A stretch of DNA of 32,000 nucleotides from Pseudomonas aeruginosa (GCF_001457615.1 NZ_LN831024.1:4020001-4052000); one strand, 5' to 3'. Numbered from the stretch's first letter, positions 17,134-25,970 are shown. Notes: generated by a model from the sequence alone, not told the origin. A program made the numbers and translations.

Positions 17134-17179
17134 GATGCACCCAGGAAAGGAGCCTGGCTCCGAAGAATGGGGGTCGAGT

Positions 17180-17198
17180 GTAAATGAGAAACAGTCGC
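17180..17198. promoter_or_regulatory. candidate Fur box upstream of the ECF sigma gene
   Basis: GTAAATGAGAAACAGTCGC matches 12 of 19 positions of GATAATGATAATCATTATC by hand count. It lies about 47 bp upstream of the proposed start. Confidence 0.35.
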
Positions 17199-17361
17199 AG
17201 ATGAAAGACCGGTCATCGTCAGGGATTGCCTGGGTTGGCGTGCGTAGCGGGCAGGTGGCTTTCGCCCGACCGCGCAACTGCCGAGCCAGGGCGGAGAGGG
17301 ATCCCCTTTTCGCCCCGCTACTCAACCCCCCGGCCTTGCCGGGGGGCACCGCCTCCGTCGG

Positions 17362-17685
17362 TTATCGGTGTCTGCGTGCGTATTCCGCCTCGAACAGTGA
17401 CAGGGCGTCGCTGAGCAACGACAGCAGGGAACCGGTGATGCGGCAGATGCTTTCACCGGGCTCTTCGGTTTCGTCGAGCAGGTCGAGGACGCTCAGCGTT
17501 CCGATCGCCGACTCCAGCCGGCGGCGGGCGGTGTCGAACAGGTCTTCGCTGGCTGCGCTGCTGTCCAGGTAGAGGGTGGCGCAACCGGGGTGCTGGTTGC
17601 ATTGCGAGGTGCGTCGCAGGGGGATGAAGGTGGAAGGGGACTGTGCGGTTATTGCGGGATTCGACGTATCATCGGCCTTAGCCAT
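17362..17685 (-). CDS. hypothetical protein (107 aa)
   Basis: ATG 17685 with AGGAG 8 nt upstream, and high GC3. I do not recognise a family. Confidence 0.6.
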   Translation of the reverse strand: MAKADDTSNPAITAQSPSTFIPLRRTSQCNQHPGCATLYLDSSAASEDLFDTARRRLESAIGTLSVLDLLDETEEPGESICRITGSLLSLLSDALSLFEAEYARRHR

Positions 17686-18095
17686 GGGTCAGCTCCTATC
17701 GTTAAGCTGGTCTCTGGTTAGCGGGTCGTAGGTGTTCCTGCACCTGCGGCTCGCGTCTTTTCTGCCCCCAAGAAAACAGACTTGGCGACCCCTCCATCTT
17801 CCTCCTACTGGTTTTTTATCCAATTCCTGGGCGTCTGAGAGAGGCTGCGGAAAAGTCTGGGGGAGATGTCCGGCGTTTCCAGGGCATGTCATCCGCCGCT
17901 GTCACGGGTATCCGGCGGATAACCGCCAGGCGGTTATTCGCCCTACGGGGTCGGGCCTCAAGCGGGCAGCGCGGGGTCGTTTGTCTGCGCGTAGCGCGGT
18001 GGGGGGCTGGGCAACCGGCACGACCCTGCTGACCCTTCCTGACCACCCCGTCAACCCGTAAACTACGCGGTTCCCCTGCCCAGACAAGGACTGCC

Positions 18096-19529
18096 GTGAA
18101 CAGCCCCGCCCTGCCCCTTTCCCGTGGCTTGCGCATCCGCGCCGAACTCAAGGAACTGCTGACCCTCGCCGCGCCGATCATGATCGCGCAACTGGCGACC
18201 ACCGCCATGGGCTTCGTCGATGCGGTGATGGCCGGGCGCGCCAGTCCGCACGACCTGGCAGCGGTGGCGCTGGGCAACTCGATCTGGATCCCGATGTTCC
18301 TGCTGATGACCGGCACCCTGCTCGCCACCACGGCCAAGGTCGCCCAGCGCCATGGCGCCGGCGACCAGCCCGGCACCGGGCCGCTGGTGCGCCAGGCGCT
18401 GTGGCTGGCGCTGCTGATCGGACCGCTGTCGGGGGCGGTGCTGTGGTGGTTGTCGGAGCCGATCCTCGGCTTGATGAAAGTGCGCCCGGAACTGATCGGG
18501 CCGAGCCTGCTGTACCTCAAGGGCATCGCCCTGGGCTTCCCGGCGGCGGCGCTGTACCACGTACTGCGCTGCTACACCAACGGCCTGGGACGGACCCGGC
18601 CGAGCATGGTGCTGGGGATCGGCGGGCTGCTGCTGAACATCCCGATCAACTACGCGCTGATCTACGGCCACTTCGGCATGCCGAAGATGGGTGGCCCCGG
18701 CTGCGGCTGGGCCACCGGCTCGGTGATGTGGTTCATGTTCCTCGGCATGCTGTTCTGGGTGAACAAGGCCTCGATCTACCGCGCCAGCCAGTTGTTCTCG
18801 CGCTGGGAGTGGCCGGATCGCGCGACCATCGGCCCGCTGGTGGCGGTCGGCCTGCCGATCGGCATCGCGGTGTTCGCCGAGTCGAGCATCTTCTCGGTGA
18901 TCGCCCTGCTGATCGGCGGGCTCGACGAGAACGTGGTGGCCGGCCACCAGATCGCCCTGAACTTCAGCGCGCTGGTGTTCATGATTCCCTATTCGCTGGG
19001 GATGGCGGTGACCGTGCGGGTCGGCCACAACCTCGGCGCCGGCCTGCCGCGCGACGCGCGCTTCGCCGCCGGCGTGGGGATGGCCGCGGCGCTGGGCTAC
19101 GCCTGCGTCTCGGCGAGCCTGATGTTGTTGCTGCGCGAGCAGATCGCCGCGATGTATTCGCCGGACCCGGCGGTGATCGCCATCGCCGCCTCGCTGATCG
19201 TGTTCTCCGCGCTGTTCCAGTTCTCCGACGCCCTGCAGGTCACCGCCGCCGGGGCCCTGCGCGGCTACCAGGACACCCGGGTGACGATGATCATGACCCT
19301 GTTCGCCTACTGGGGCATCGGCCTGCCGGTGGGCTACAGCCTCGGCCTCACCGACTGGTTCCAGGAACCCACCGGACCGCGCGGCCTGTGGCAAGGCCTG
19401 GTGGTGGGCCTGACCGGCGCGGCGATCATGCTCTGCATCCGCCTGGCGCGCAGCGCGCGGCGCTTCATCCGCCAGCACGAGCGCCTGCAGCGGGAGGACG
19501 CGGAGGCCGCCTCAGTCCTTGGCCGGTAG
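18096..19529 (+). CDS. pmpM: MATE family multidrug efflux transporter (NorM type; position matches P. aeruginosa PmpM from memory)
   Basis: GTG start with AAGGA RBS. 477 aa with 12 TM segments. The N-terminus is KELLTLAAPIMIAQLATTAMGFVDAVMAGR, typical of NorM. Confidence 0.85.
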   Translation: MNSPALPLSRGLRIRAELKELLTLAAPIMIAQLATTAMGFVDAVMAGRASPHDLAAVALGNSIWIPMFLLMTGTLLATTAKVAQRHGAGDQPGTGPLVRQALWLALLIGPLSGAVLWWLSEPILGLMKVRPELIGPSLLYLKGIALGFPAAALYHVLRCYTNGLGRTRPSMVLGIGGLLLNIPINYALIYGHFGMPKMGGPGCGWATGSVMWFMFLGMLFWVNKASIYRASQLFSRWEWPDRATIGPLVAVGLPIGIAVFAESSIFSVIALLIGGLDENVVAGHQIALNFSALVFMIPYSLGMAVTVRVGHNLGAGLPRDARFAAGVGMAAALGYACVSASLMLLLREQIAAMYSPDPAVIAIAASLIVFSALFQFSDALQVTAAGALRGYQDTRVTMIMTLFAYWGIGLPVGYSLGLTDWFQEPTGPRGLWQGLVVGLTGAAIMLCIRLARSARRFIRQHERLQREDAEAASVLGR

Positions 19530-20405
19530 CGCCGGGGCGGCGCCACGCGACTTGACGCTGAGGGTAGTGCCGACCGAGGCGAGGATGATCGCGCCGATGG
19601 CCAGCCATTGGGTCGGGCTCAGCCGCTCGCCGAGGAACAGCAGCCCGGAGAGCGCGCCGAAGGCCGGCTCGATGCTCATCAGGGTGCCGAAGGTGCGCGC
19701 CGGCAGGCGGGTCAGCGCGACCATTTCCAGGGTGTAGGGCAAGGCCGTGGAGAGCACCGCGACGCCCAGCGCCAACGGGATCAGCGCCGGGTCGAGGAGG
19801 TCGGCGCCGGCGTGGGCGACGCCGATCGGCACAACCAGGATCGCCGCCACCAGCACCCCCAGCGCGGCGCCCTGGGCGCCATGGTCGGCGCCGGCGCGCT
19901 GGCCGAAGAGGATGTACAGCGCCCAGCACACGCCGGCACCGAGGGCATAGGCGGCGCCGACCAGGTCGAGCGGCTCGGCGCTGTTGCCCAGCGGCAGCAA
20001 CAGCCAGATGCCGAACACCGCCAGGCCGATCCAGAGGAAGTCCAGCAGGCGCCGCGAGGAGAGGATCGCCACCAGCAGCGGCCCGGTGAACTCCAGGGCC
20101 ACCGCGATGCCCAGCGGCACGGTGCGCACCGAGAGATAGAACAGCAGGTTCATGCCGCCCAGGGCGATGCCGTAGACCACCACCGAGCGCAGCGATTGCA
20201 GGCTCAGGCGCTTGCGCCAGGGACGCAGGAGCAGCAGCAGGATCAGCGCGGCGAAGAACAGCCTTAGGGCCGTGGTGCCCTGGGCGCCGACCAGGGGGAA
20301 CATGCTTTTCGCCAGGGAGGCGCCGCTCTGGATCGAGGCCATAGCGATCAATAGCAGGCCGACCGGCAACAGCGTTCCGGCGAGGCCGCGGGAGGTGGAG
20401 GTCAT
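19512..20405 (-). CDS. rhtA: EamA/DMT family threonine/homoserine exporter RhtA
   Basis: It aligns along its whole length with E. coli RhtA as I recall it (VAMASIQSGASLAKSLFPLVGA, GGMNYLFYLS..TVPLGIAVALEFTGPL, LSTALPYSLEM.ALTRLP.RTFGTLMS.EPA). I used ATG 20405; the tracked ORF is over-extended. Confidence 0.9.
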   Translation of the reverse strand: MTSTSRGLAGTLLPVGLLLIAMASIQSGASLAKSMFPLVGAQGTTALRLFFAALILLLLLRPWRKRLSLQSLRSVVVYGIALGGMNLLFYLSVRTVPLGIAVALEFTGPLLVAILSSRRLLDFLWIGLAVFGIWLLLPLGNSAEPLDLVGAAYALGAGVCWALYILFGQRAGADHGAQGAALGVLVAAILVVPIGVAHAGADLLDPALIPLALGVAVLSTALPYTLEMVALTRLPARTFGTLMSIEPAFGALSGLLFLGERLSPTQWLAIGAIILASVGTTLSVKSRGAAPALPAKD

Positions 20406-20466
20406 GGAAGAGGTCCGGCAGTGGGAAGCAGCCCGATGGACTGCGGGAAACGGGATGTGCACTATA

Positions 20467-21054
20467 ATGCGCAAAACCGCGACAGTGAGCAATATATTGC
20501 CCAACCCTACCGAACGCCCCAGCGTCCTCGAACATGTCTCCGGCAACGTCCGCCGCCTGCGCCTGCAAGCCGGCCTCAGCCAGGAAGCGCTGGCCCGCGC
20601 GGCCAGTGTCAGCCGGCGGATGCTGGTGGGCATCGAGAGCGGCGACGTCAATGTCAGCCTGTCGACCCTCGACCGTATCGCCGCCGCCCTCGGCGTGCTG
20701 TTCCCCGACCTGGTCCAGGCACCGGCCACCGACCGCTCGCGGATCAATGCGGTGGCCTGGGTCGGCCACCACCCCGAGAGCCGCGCCACCCTCCTCGCCA
20801 GCGCACCGGCGCGGCGCGAGGTGGAACTCTGGGCCTGGTCGCTGGGACCGGGCGAGCGCTACGTATCGGAACCCGACGCCGCCGGCTGGCGGGAGATGGT
20901 TCTGGTCATCGAAGGTCGCCTGCGCCTGGAACTGGCCGACGGCGAACGGCGCATCGAGGCCGGCGACTTCCATGCCTTCGCCAGCGACCAGCCGTACGCC
21001 TACGTCAACGACGGCGACGAGGTGGTGCGTTTCACCCGCAACGTGGTGAGCTAG
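20467..21054 (+). CDS. XRE-family HTH transcriptional regulator with a C-terminal cupin domain
   Basis: The HTH is LRLQAGLSQEALARAASVSRRMLVGIESGDVNVSLSTLDRIAAALGV. The cupin-like C-terminus is EMVLVIEGRLRLELADGERRIEAGDFHAF. The start is uncertain (ATG 20455 or 20467). Confidence 0.8.
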   Translation: MRKTATVSNILPNPTERPSVLEHVSGNVRRLRLQAGLSQEALARAASVSRRMLVGIESGDVNVSLSTLDRIAAALGVLFPDLVQAPATDRSRINAVAWVGHHPESRATLLASAPARREVELWAWSLGPGERYVSEPDAAGWREMVLVIEGRLRLELADGERRIEAGDFHAFASDQPYAYVNDGDEVVRFTRNVVS

Positions 21055-21091
21055 GCTCTAGCCTCGAGCCAGCCTTCCAGAGGAGACCGCG

Positions 21092-21490
21092 ATGAGCGCA
21101 CGCGTACGACCCTTCCTGATGTTCCAGGGGGTCCAGGCCGAGGCGGCCATGAACTTCTACCTGTCGCTGTTCGACGACGCCGAGATCCTCCAGATCCAGC
21201 GCTACGGCGCCGAGGGGCCGGGCCCGGAGGGCTCGGTGCTGAAGGCGCTGTTCCGCCTCGGCGACCAGAGCGTGCATTGCATCGACAGCCATGTGCGGCA
21301 CGCCTTCGATTTCACCCCGGCGTTCTCCTTCTTCGTCGACTGCGAGAGCAACGCGCAGATCGAGCGCCTGGCCGAGGCCCTGAGCGACGGCGGCAAGGCC
21401 CTGATGCCGCTCGGCGACTACGGCTTCAGCCAGCGTTTCGCCTGGCTGGCCGACCGCTTCGGGGTGTCCTGGCAGCTCAATCTGGCCTGA
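21092..21490 (+). CDS. VOC/glyoxalase-superfamily protein (PhnB / 3-demethylubiquinone-9 3-methyltransferase-domain type)
   Basis: RPFLMFQG.AEAAMNFYLSLF at the N-terminus and FGFSQRFAWLADRFGVSWQLNL at the C-terminus are typical of this family. Confidence 0.75.
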   Translation: MSARVRPFLMFQGVQAEAAMNFYLSLFDDAEILQIQRYGAEGPGPEGSVLKALFRLGDQSVHCIDSHVRHAFDFTPAFSFFVDCESNAQIERLAEALSDGGKALMPLGDYGFSQRFAWLADRFGVSWQLNLA

Positions 21491-21505
21491 GCCCGGCAGT
21501 TGCCG

Positions 21506-21982
21506 TCAGGCTTCCTGGAGGACTTCCTGGCACACATCGACCCACTGCGCATCCACCAGCTCGGCCATCCGTTGCGGGGCGATGCGGACCGCGCTGTGCA
21601 CCGCCCCGGCGGCCGGAAGCACTTCGTCGAAGGCTTGCAGCGAGACGTCGCAGTACACCGCCAGCGGCGTCGCCAGGCCGAACGGGCAGACTCCGCCGAC
21701 CGGGTGCCCGGTCAGCTCGACCACGTCCTCGGCGCCGAGCATCTTCGCCTTGCCGCCGAAGGCGGCCTTGATCTTGCGGTTGTCCAGCCGCGCGTCGCCG
21801 CGCGCCACTACCAGAACGGTGCGCTCGCCGACCCGCAGCGACAGGGTCTTGGCGATCCGCCCCGGCTCCACGCCATGGGCCTCGGCGGCCAGGGCGACGG
21901 TGGCGGTGCTGGTTTCCAGCTCGATGATGCGCAGGTCCGGGGCTTTCTCGGCGAAGAACCGCCGGACGGATTCGAGGCTCAT
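21506..21982 (-). CDS. YbaK/EbsC-family aminoacyl-tRNA editing domain protein
   Basis: ATG 21982. KTLSLRVGERTVLVVARGDARLDNRKIKAAFG and LTGHPVGGVCPFGL are typical. The rest of tracked ORF 21506-23089 overlaps the BNR gene in another frame. Confidence 0.8.
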   Translation of the reverse strand: MSLESVRRFFAEKAPDLRIIELETSTATVALAAEAHGVEPGRIAKTLSLRVGERTVLVVARGDARLDNRKIKAAFGGKAKMLGAEDVVELTGHPVGGVCPFGLATPLAVYCDVSLQAFDEVLPAAGAVHSAVRIAPQRMAELVDAQWVDVCQEVLQEA

Positions 21983-22050
21983 GGGGTGGGCTCCTTGGCG
22001 AAAACCCACGAACTTATGCAAGCACGCCGAGGCTGTCCAGCGCCGCGCGC

Positions 22051-23157
22051 TCAGGCGAAGCGCACGCAGTAGATCGGCGGCAGGTTGGCGGAGAGCTGCT
22101 GCCAGTCCTCCCCGCCGTTCTCGCTGAGCCACAGGCCGCCGGTGGTCGAGCCCATGGCCAGGCGCTCGCCGCTGGGGTCGATGTCCAGGCCGTGGCGGTA
22201 GACCAGGTCGTAGGCCGGGCCGTCGGGCAGGCCGCGCTCGAGGGTCTCGAAGCTGCGGCCACCGTCGCGGGTGCGGGTGACCACGAAACGGGCGTCCCTG
22301 GGAATGCGGCATTCGTCCTTGGTCGCCGGGACGAACCAGGCCGTGTCCGGCTGCCGCGGATGCACGGCGACGGCGAAGCCGAAGCTGGACGGCTCGGCGA
22401 CCACGCCCTGCCAATGCAGGCCGCCGTCGCGGGAACGGAAGATGCCGTTGTGGTGCTGCACCCAGAGGAACTCCGGGCGCGCCTGGCACTGCACCAGGCG
22501 GTGCGGGTCCTGGATCGCCGCCTCCTCGCTCTGCTCCGGCGGCATGTAGTCGGCGCGCATGCCTTTGGTGGTGCAGGTCCAGCTGCGGCCGTCGTCGTGG
22601 CTCTGCCAGACGCCGCCGCAGGACACCGCGACGGTGAGGTGGCGACTGTCGCGTGGGTCGACGCAGATGGAATGGATGCCGGGATGGTCGTAGCCGCCGC
22701 CGAACCACTGGGCGCGCTCGGGTCGTTCCCAGAGTTCGCGGTTGAGGCGCCAGCTGGCGCCACGGTCGTCGGAGCGGAACAGGCCGCCGGGGATGGTCCC
22801 GGCCCACAGCGTGCCGGGCCGGTCGGCGCCGCCTGGCTCGAGGATCCACAACTGCTGTAGCGACCAGGGTGGCTCCGCCGCCTGGCCTTCCAGCGGTTCG
22901 GCCGCTGGCGGCTGCGGCGGATAGACCGGCACCGCGCATTCCATCCAGTCCGTCGCGCCGGCGTCGCGACGCCACAGCTTGACGCCGAAATGGCCGAGGT
23001 TCAGCGCCGCGTAGAGCGCGCCGTCGCGCGGGTCGGCGAGGAGCATGCTCAACGGCTCGCCGAGGAAGTGGCTGGCCATCGGCAGCCACTGGCCCACCGC
23101 GTTGCGCCGCAGCTCGAACAGGCCCTTGCGGGTGCCGACATAGAGTCGCTCGCTCAC
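22051..23157 (-). CDS. BNR/Asp-box repeat beta-propeller protein (sialidase-like fold, function unknown)
   Basis: Five S/T-x-D-x-G-x-(S/T/x)-W/F boxes: SDDRGASW, SHDDGRSW, SRDGGLHW, TRDGGRSF, SENGGEDW. Confidence 0.8.
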   Translation of the reverse strand: MSERLYVGTRKGLFELRRNAVGQWLPMASHFLGEPLSMLLADPRDGALYAALNLGHFGVKLWRRDAGATDWMECAVPVYPPQPPAAEPLEGQAAEPPWSLQQLWILEPGGADRPGTLWAGTIPGGLFRSDDRGASWRLNRELWERPERAQWFGGGYDHPGIHSICVDPRDSRHLTVAVSCGGVWQSHDDGRSWTCTTKGMRADYMPPEQSEEAAIQDPHRLVQCQARPEFLWVQHHNGIFRSRDGGLHWQGVVAEPSSFGFAVAVHPRQPDTAWFVPATKDECRIPRDARFVVTRTRDGGRSFETLERGLPDGPAYDLVYRHGLDIDPSGERLAMGSTTGGLWLSENGGEDWQQLSANLPPIYCVRFA

Positions 23158-23179
23158 CGGATGTCCTCCTCTGTCATGG

Positions 23180-23449
23180 TCAACCGCCGCTCAGCGCCTG
23201 CACCACGTAGATCTCGCTATCGTCTTGGAGCGGATCGCCCAATCCCCGGCGATCGCGGACCTGCACGCCATCGACGAACAGCGCCACATGCCGGCGCAGG
23301 CTGCCCTGGTCGTCGAGCAGGTAGCCGCGCAGGCGCGGCTCGCGGGCGAAGGCCGCCTGCAAGGCGGCGGCGACGGTGGCGGCGCCGACATCCAGCGCGG
23401 GCATGGCGACGTGCCGCTGGATGGCCGGGGCGAAGACGATACGGGGCAT
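23180..23449 (-). CDS. MoaD/ThiS-family ubiquitin-like small protein ending in Gly-Gly
   Basis: 89 aa from ATG 23449, with C-terminus ..IYVVQALSGG directly before the stop. It lies 22 bp upstream of the BNR gene on the same strand. Confidence 0.7.
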   Translation of the reverse strand: MPRIVFAPAIQRHVAMPALDVGAATVAAALQAAFAREPRLRGYLLDDQGSLRRHVALFVDGVQVRDRRGLGDPLQDDSEIYVVQALSGG

Positions 23450-23706
23450 GCCGAGGCTCGCGAAAATGGCTCTGCTGGAACAGTGTAGAAGCCCTGCAGG
23501 CCACGGCTGGCGCGGCCCGCCCAGCGGTCGGCACACTCCGCAGCGACGCTCGTCGGCCATCCCGGCCGCTCGGCGCGGGCCTCCTATACTGCCCCGGCCA
23601 GCGAAAAAACCGCCGTCGCCTGTCGATCCGCCGGCCCGCCGTTCGACCAGTTCGGGAGGCGGGCCAGAACGGGCCGTCATTGCGCAGAACAACAAGGAGA
23701 ACGCAG

Positions 23707-24132
23707 ATGAGATTCATGGTGATCGTCAAGGCCACCCAGGCTTCCGAAGCCGGCGAGATGCCCAGCGAGGAACTGCTCGCGGCGATGGGCCGCTACAACG
23801 AGGAACTGGTCAAGGCCGGGGTGATGCTCGCCGGCGAAGGGCTACAGCCCAGCGCCAAGGGCGCCCGGGTGCGTTTCTCCGGCAACGCGCGGACGGTGAT
23901 CGACGGCCCCTTCGCCGAGACCCGCGAGCTGATCGCCGGTTTCTGGATGTTCCAGGTGGCCTCCCTGGAAGAGGCCATCGAGTGGGTCAAGCGATGCCCG
24001 AACCCATTCGACGGCGAATCCGAGATCGAGATCCGCCAGGTCTTCGAGGCCGAGGACTTCGGCGAGGAGTTCACCCCGGAACTGCGCGACCGCGAGGAGC
24101 GCCTGCGCGCCGAGCTGGAAAAACGCAACTGA
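23707..24132 (+). CDS. YciI (YCII/DGPF) family protein
   Basis: AAGGAGA RBS. MRFMVIVKAT...GPFAETRELIAGFWMFQV.SLEEAIEWVKRCP is typical of the family. Confidence 0.85.
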   Translation: MRFMVIVKATQASEAGEMPSEELLAAMGRYNEELVKAGVMLAGEGLQPSAKGARVRFSGNARTVIDGPFAETRELIAGFWMFQVASLEEAIEWVKRCPNPFDGESEIEIRQVFEAEDFGEEFTPELRDREERLRAELEKRN

Positions 24133-24168
24133 ACCGCCCCGCACTCCGCCAAGAACGAGGAAAGCGCC

Positions 24169-24582
24169 ATGCAAATCGTCCCCTACCTGATCTTCAACGG
24201 TAATTGCCGGGAGGCCTTCAGCTGCTACCACCAGCACCTGGGCGGCACCCTGGAGGCCATGCTGCCGTTCGGCGACAGCCCCGAGTGCGGCGACATCCCG
24301 GCCGACTGGAAAGACAAGATCATGCACGCACGGCTGGTGGTCGGCAGCTTCGCCCTGATGGCCTCGGACAATCACCCGGCCTATCCCTACGAAGGCATCA
24401 AGGGCTGTTCCATCAGCCTCAACGTCGACAGCAAGGCCGAGGCCGAGCGCCTGTTCAACGCCCTCGCCGAGGGCGGCTCGGTCCAGATGCCGCTGGGCCC
24501 GACCTTCTGGGCGGCGAGCTTCGGCATGTTCACCGACCGCTTCGGCGTGGCCTGGATGGTCAACTGCGAGCAGGACCGGTAG
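24169..24582 (+). CDS. VOC/glyoxalase-superfamily protein (PhnB-like)
   Basis: IVPYLIFNGNCREAFSFY-type N-terminus and FGMFTDRFGVAWMVN C-terminus. It starts 36 bp after the YciI gene. Confidence 0.8.
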   Translation: MQIVPYLIFNGNCREAFSCYHQHLGGTLEAMLPFGDSPECGDIPADWKDKIMHARLVVGSFALMASDNHPAYPYEGIKGCSISLNVDSKAEAERLFNALAEGGSVQMPLGPTFWAASFGMFTDRFGVAWMVNCEQDR

Positions 24583-24592
24583 CGTCCGCTAC

Positions 24593-24629
24593 GCGGGCCC
24601 GCCGCCAGGTGAATCGGCGGCGGGCCCGC
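24593..24629 (+). terminator. strong GC hairpin after the yciI-VOC pair
   Basis: GCGGGCCCGCCGCC-AGGTGAATC-GGCGGCGGGCCCGC has a 14-bp perfect stem and begins 11 bp after the stop. The U-tract is weak. Confidence 0.55.
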
Positions 24630-24751
24630 GTTCCGCTGTGCGCGAGTCGCGATCGATAGACGCACTGCTGCGATAATTTAGGTTGCATTTTAAAACCAAA
24701 ATTCCTAGCCTCCGCTTTAGTTTCATATTGAAACCTTACGGAGCGCTTCGC

Positions 24752-25963
24752 ATGCCATCCTCGCCATCCTCCCTCCCCTCCGCGCTGGTGCTGCTGTTCG
24801 CCGTCGCCTGCGGTCTCAGCGTGGCCAACGTCTATTACGCCCAGCCGCTGCTGGACGTCCTCGGTGCCGAGTTCGCCATCGGCCAGGCCGGGGTCGGCCT
24901 GCTGTTCGGCGCGACCCAGGCCGGTTGCGCCCTGGCGCTGCTGCTGGTGGTGCCGCTGGGCGACCTGCTGGAGCGGCGCCGGCTGATGTTCGTCCAGCTC
25001 CTGCTGCTGGTGCTGTCGCTGCTGCTGGTGGGCTTCGCCGGCGATACCCTCGGCCTGGCGCTGGGGCTGCTCGGACTGGGCCTGCTCGGCACCGCCATGA
25101 CCCAGGGACTGCTGGCCTACGCCGCGGCGCTGGCGGCGCCTGGCGAGCGCGGGCGGGTGGTCGGCGCGGCGCAGGGCGGCGTGGTGATCGGCCTGCTGCT
25201 GGCGCGCAGCCTGGCCGGGCTGCTCGCCGACCTCGGCGGCTGGCGCAGCGTCTACCTGGTCTCGGCAGCGAGCATGGGCGGGCTCGGCCTGCTGCTCTGG
25301 CGGGTACTGCCGGCGGCGCCGAGCAACGAACTGGGGCTGACCTACCGGCAACTGCTCGGCTCGATGTTCGACCTGCTGGCGAGCCAGCGCGTGCTGCAGG
25401 TGCGCGGCCTGCTCGGGCTGTTGATGTTCGCCGCCTTCGGGGTGTTCTGGAGCAGCCTGGTATTGCTGCTCGGCGCGCCGCCGCATTCGCTGTCGCACAG
25501 CGCCATCGGCGCCTTCGGCCTGGTCGGCGCGCTCGGCGCGCTGGGCGCGGCGCGGGCCGGCAGCCTGGCCGATCGCGGCCACGCCCAGGCGCTCAGCGGC
25601 GGCGCCCTGCTGCTGTTGCTGCTGTCCTGGCTGCCGCTCGCCCTCGGCGCGCATTCGCTGGCGGCGCTGATTCTCGGCGTGCTGCTGCTCGATCTCGCCG
25701 GCCAGGCGATCCATGTGCTCAACCAGAGCCTGGTCTTCGCCATCGACCCGCGCGCCCACAGCCGCCTGGTGGGTTGCTACATGCTGTTCTACGCCGCCGG
25801 CAGCGGCCTCGGCGCCAGCGCCGGCACCGCCATGTACGCCTGGGCCGGCTGGGACGCGGTGAGCCTGCTCGGCGCGGCGATCAGCCTGGCGGCCCTGGCG
25901 TTCTGGTGGTTCACCCGTGGCGTTGGCGGCGAAGCGCGTACGGCCTGCGCCAACGGCGCCTGA
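24752..25963 (+). CDS. MFS transporter
   Basis: About 12 hydrophobic segments, with the MFS signature-like GDLLERRRLM after TM2. I chose ATG 24752 over the tracked upstream start at 24683. Confidence 0.8.
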   Translation: MPSSPSSLPSALVLLFAVACGLSVANVYYAQPLLDVLGAEFAIGQAGVGLLFGATQAGCALALLLVVPLGDLLERRRLMFVQLLLLVLSLLLVGFAGDTLGLALGLLGLGLLGTAMTQGLLAYAAALAAPGERGRVVGAAQGGVVIGLLLARSLAGLLADLGGWRSVYLVSAASMGGLGLLLWRVLPAAPSNELGLTYRQLLGSMFDLLASQRVLQVRGLLGLLMFAAFGVFWSSLVLLLGAPPHSLSHSAIGAFGLVGALGALGAARAGSLADRGHAQALSGGALLLLLLSWLPLALGAHSLAALILGVLLLDLAGQAIHVLNQSLVFAIDPRAHSRLVGCYMLFYAAGSGLGASAGTAMYAWAGWDAVSLLGAAISLAALAFWWFTRGVGGEARTACANGA

Positions 25964-25970
25964 GCCGGCT

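Noticed and set aside
17891-17937. Guanidine-type (mini-ykkC-like) riboswitch upstream of the MATE pump
   Set aside because: An ACGG occurs in the loop of the first hairpin. However, the loop is 14 nt and there is no second ACGR hairpin with the expected architecture.
18063-19478. 471-codon ORF antisense to the MATE pump gene
   Set aside because: The translation is Arg/Gly/His/Gln/Asp-rich and low-complexity with no family resemblance. The opposite strand encodes a full-length, well-recognised MATE protein. This is a typical shadow ORF of about 70% GC DNA.
21983-23089. Upstream extension of the YbaK ORF (tracked as 21506-23089, 527 aa)
   Set aside because: YbaK similarity starts at the Met at 21982. 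The extension is Arg/Pro-rich and overlaps the BNR-repeat gene, which has clear Asp-box motifs in another frame.
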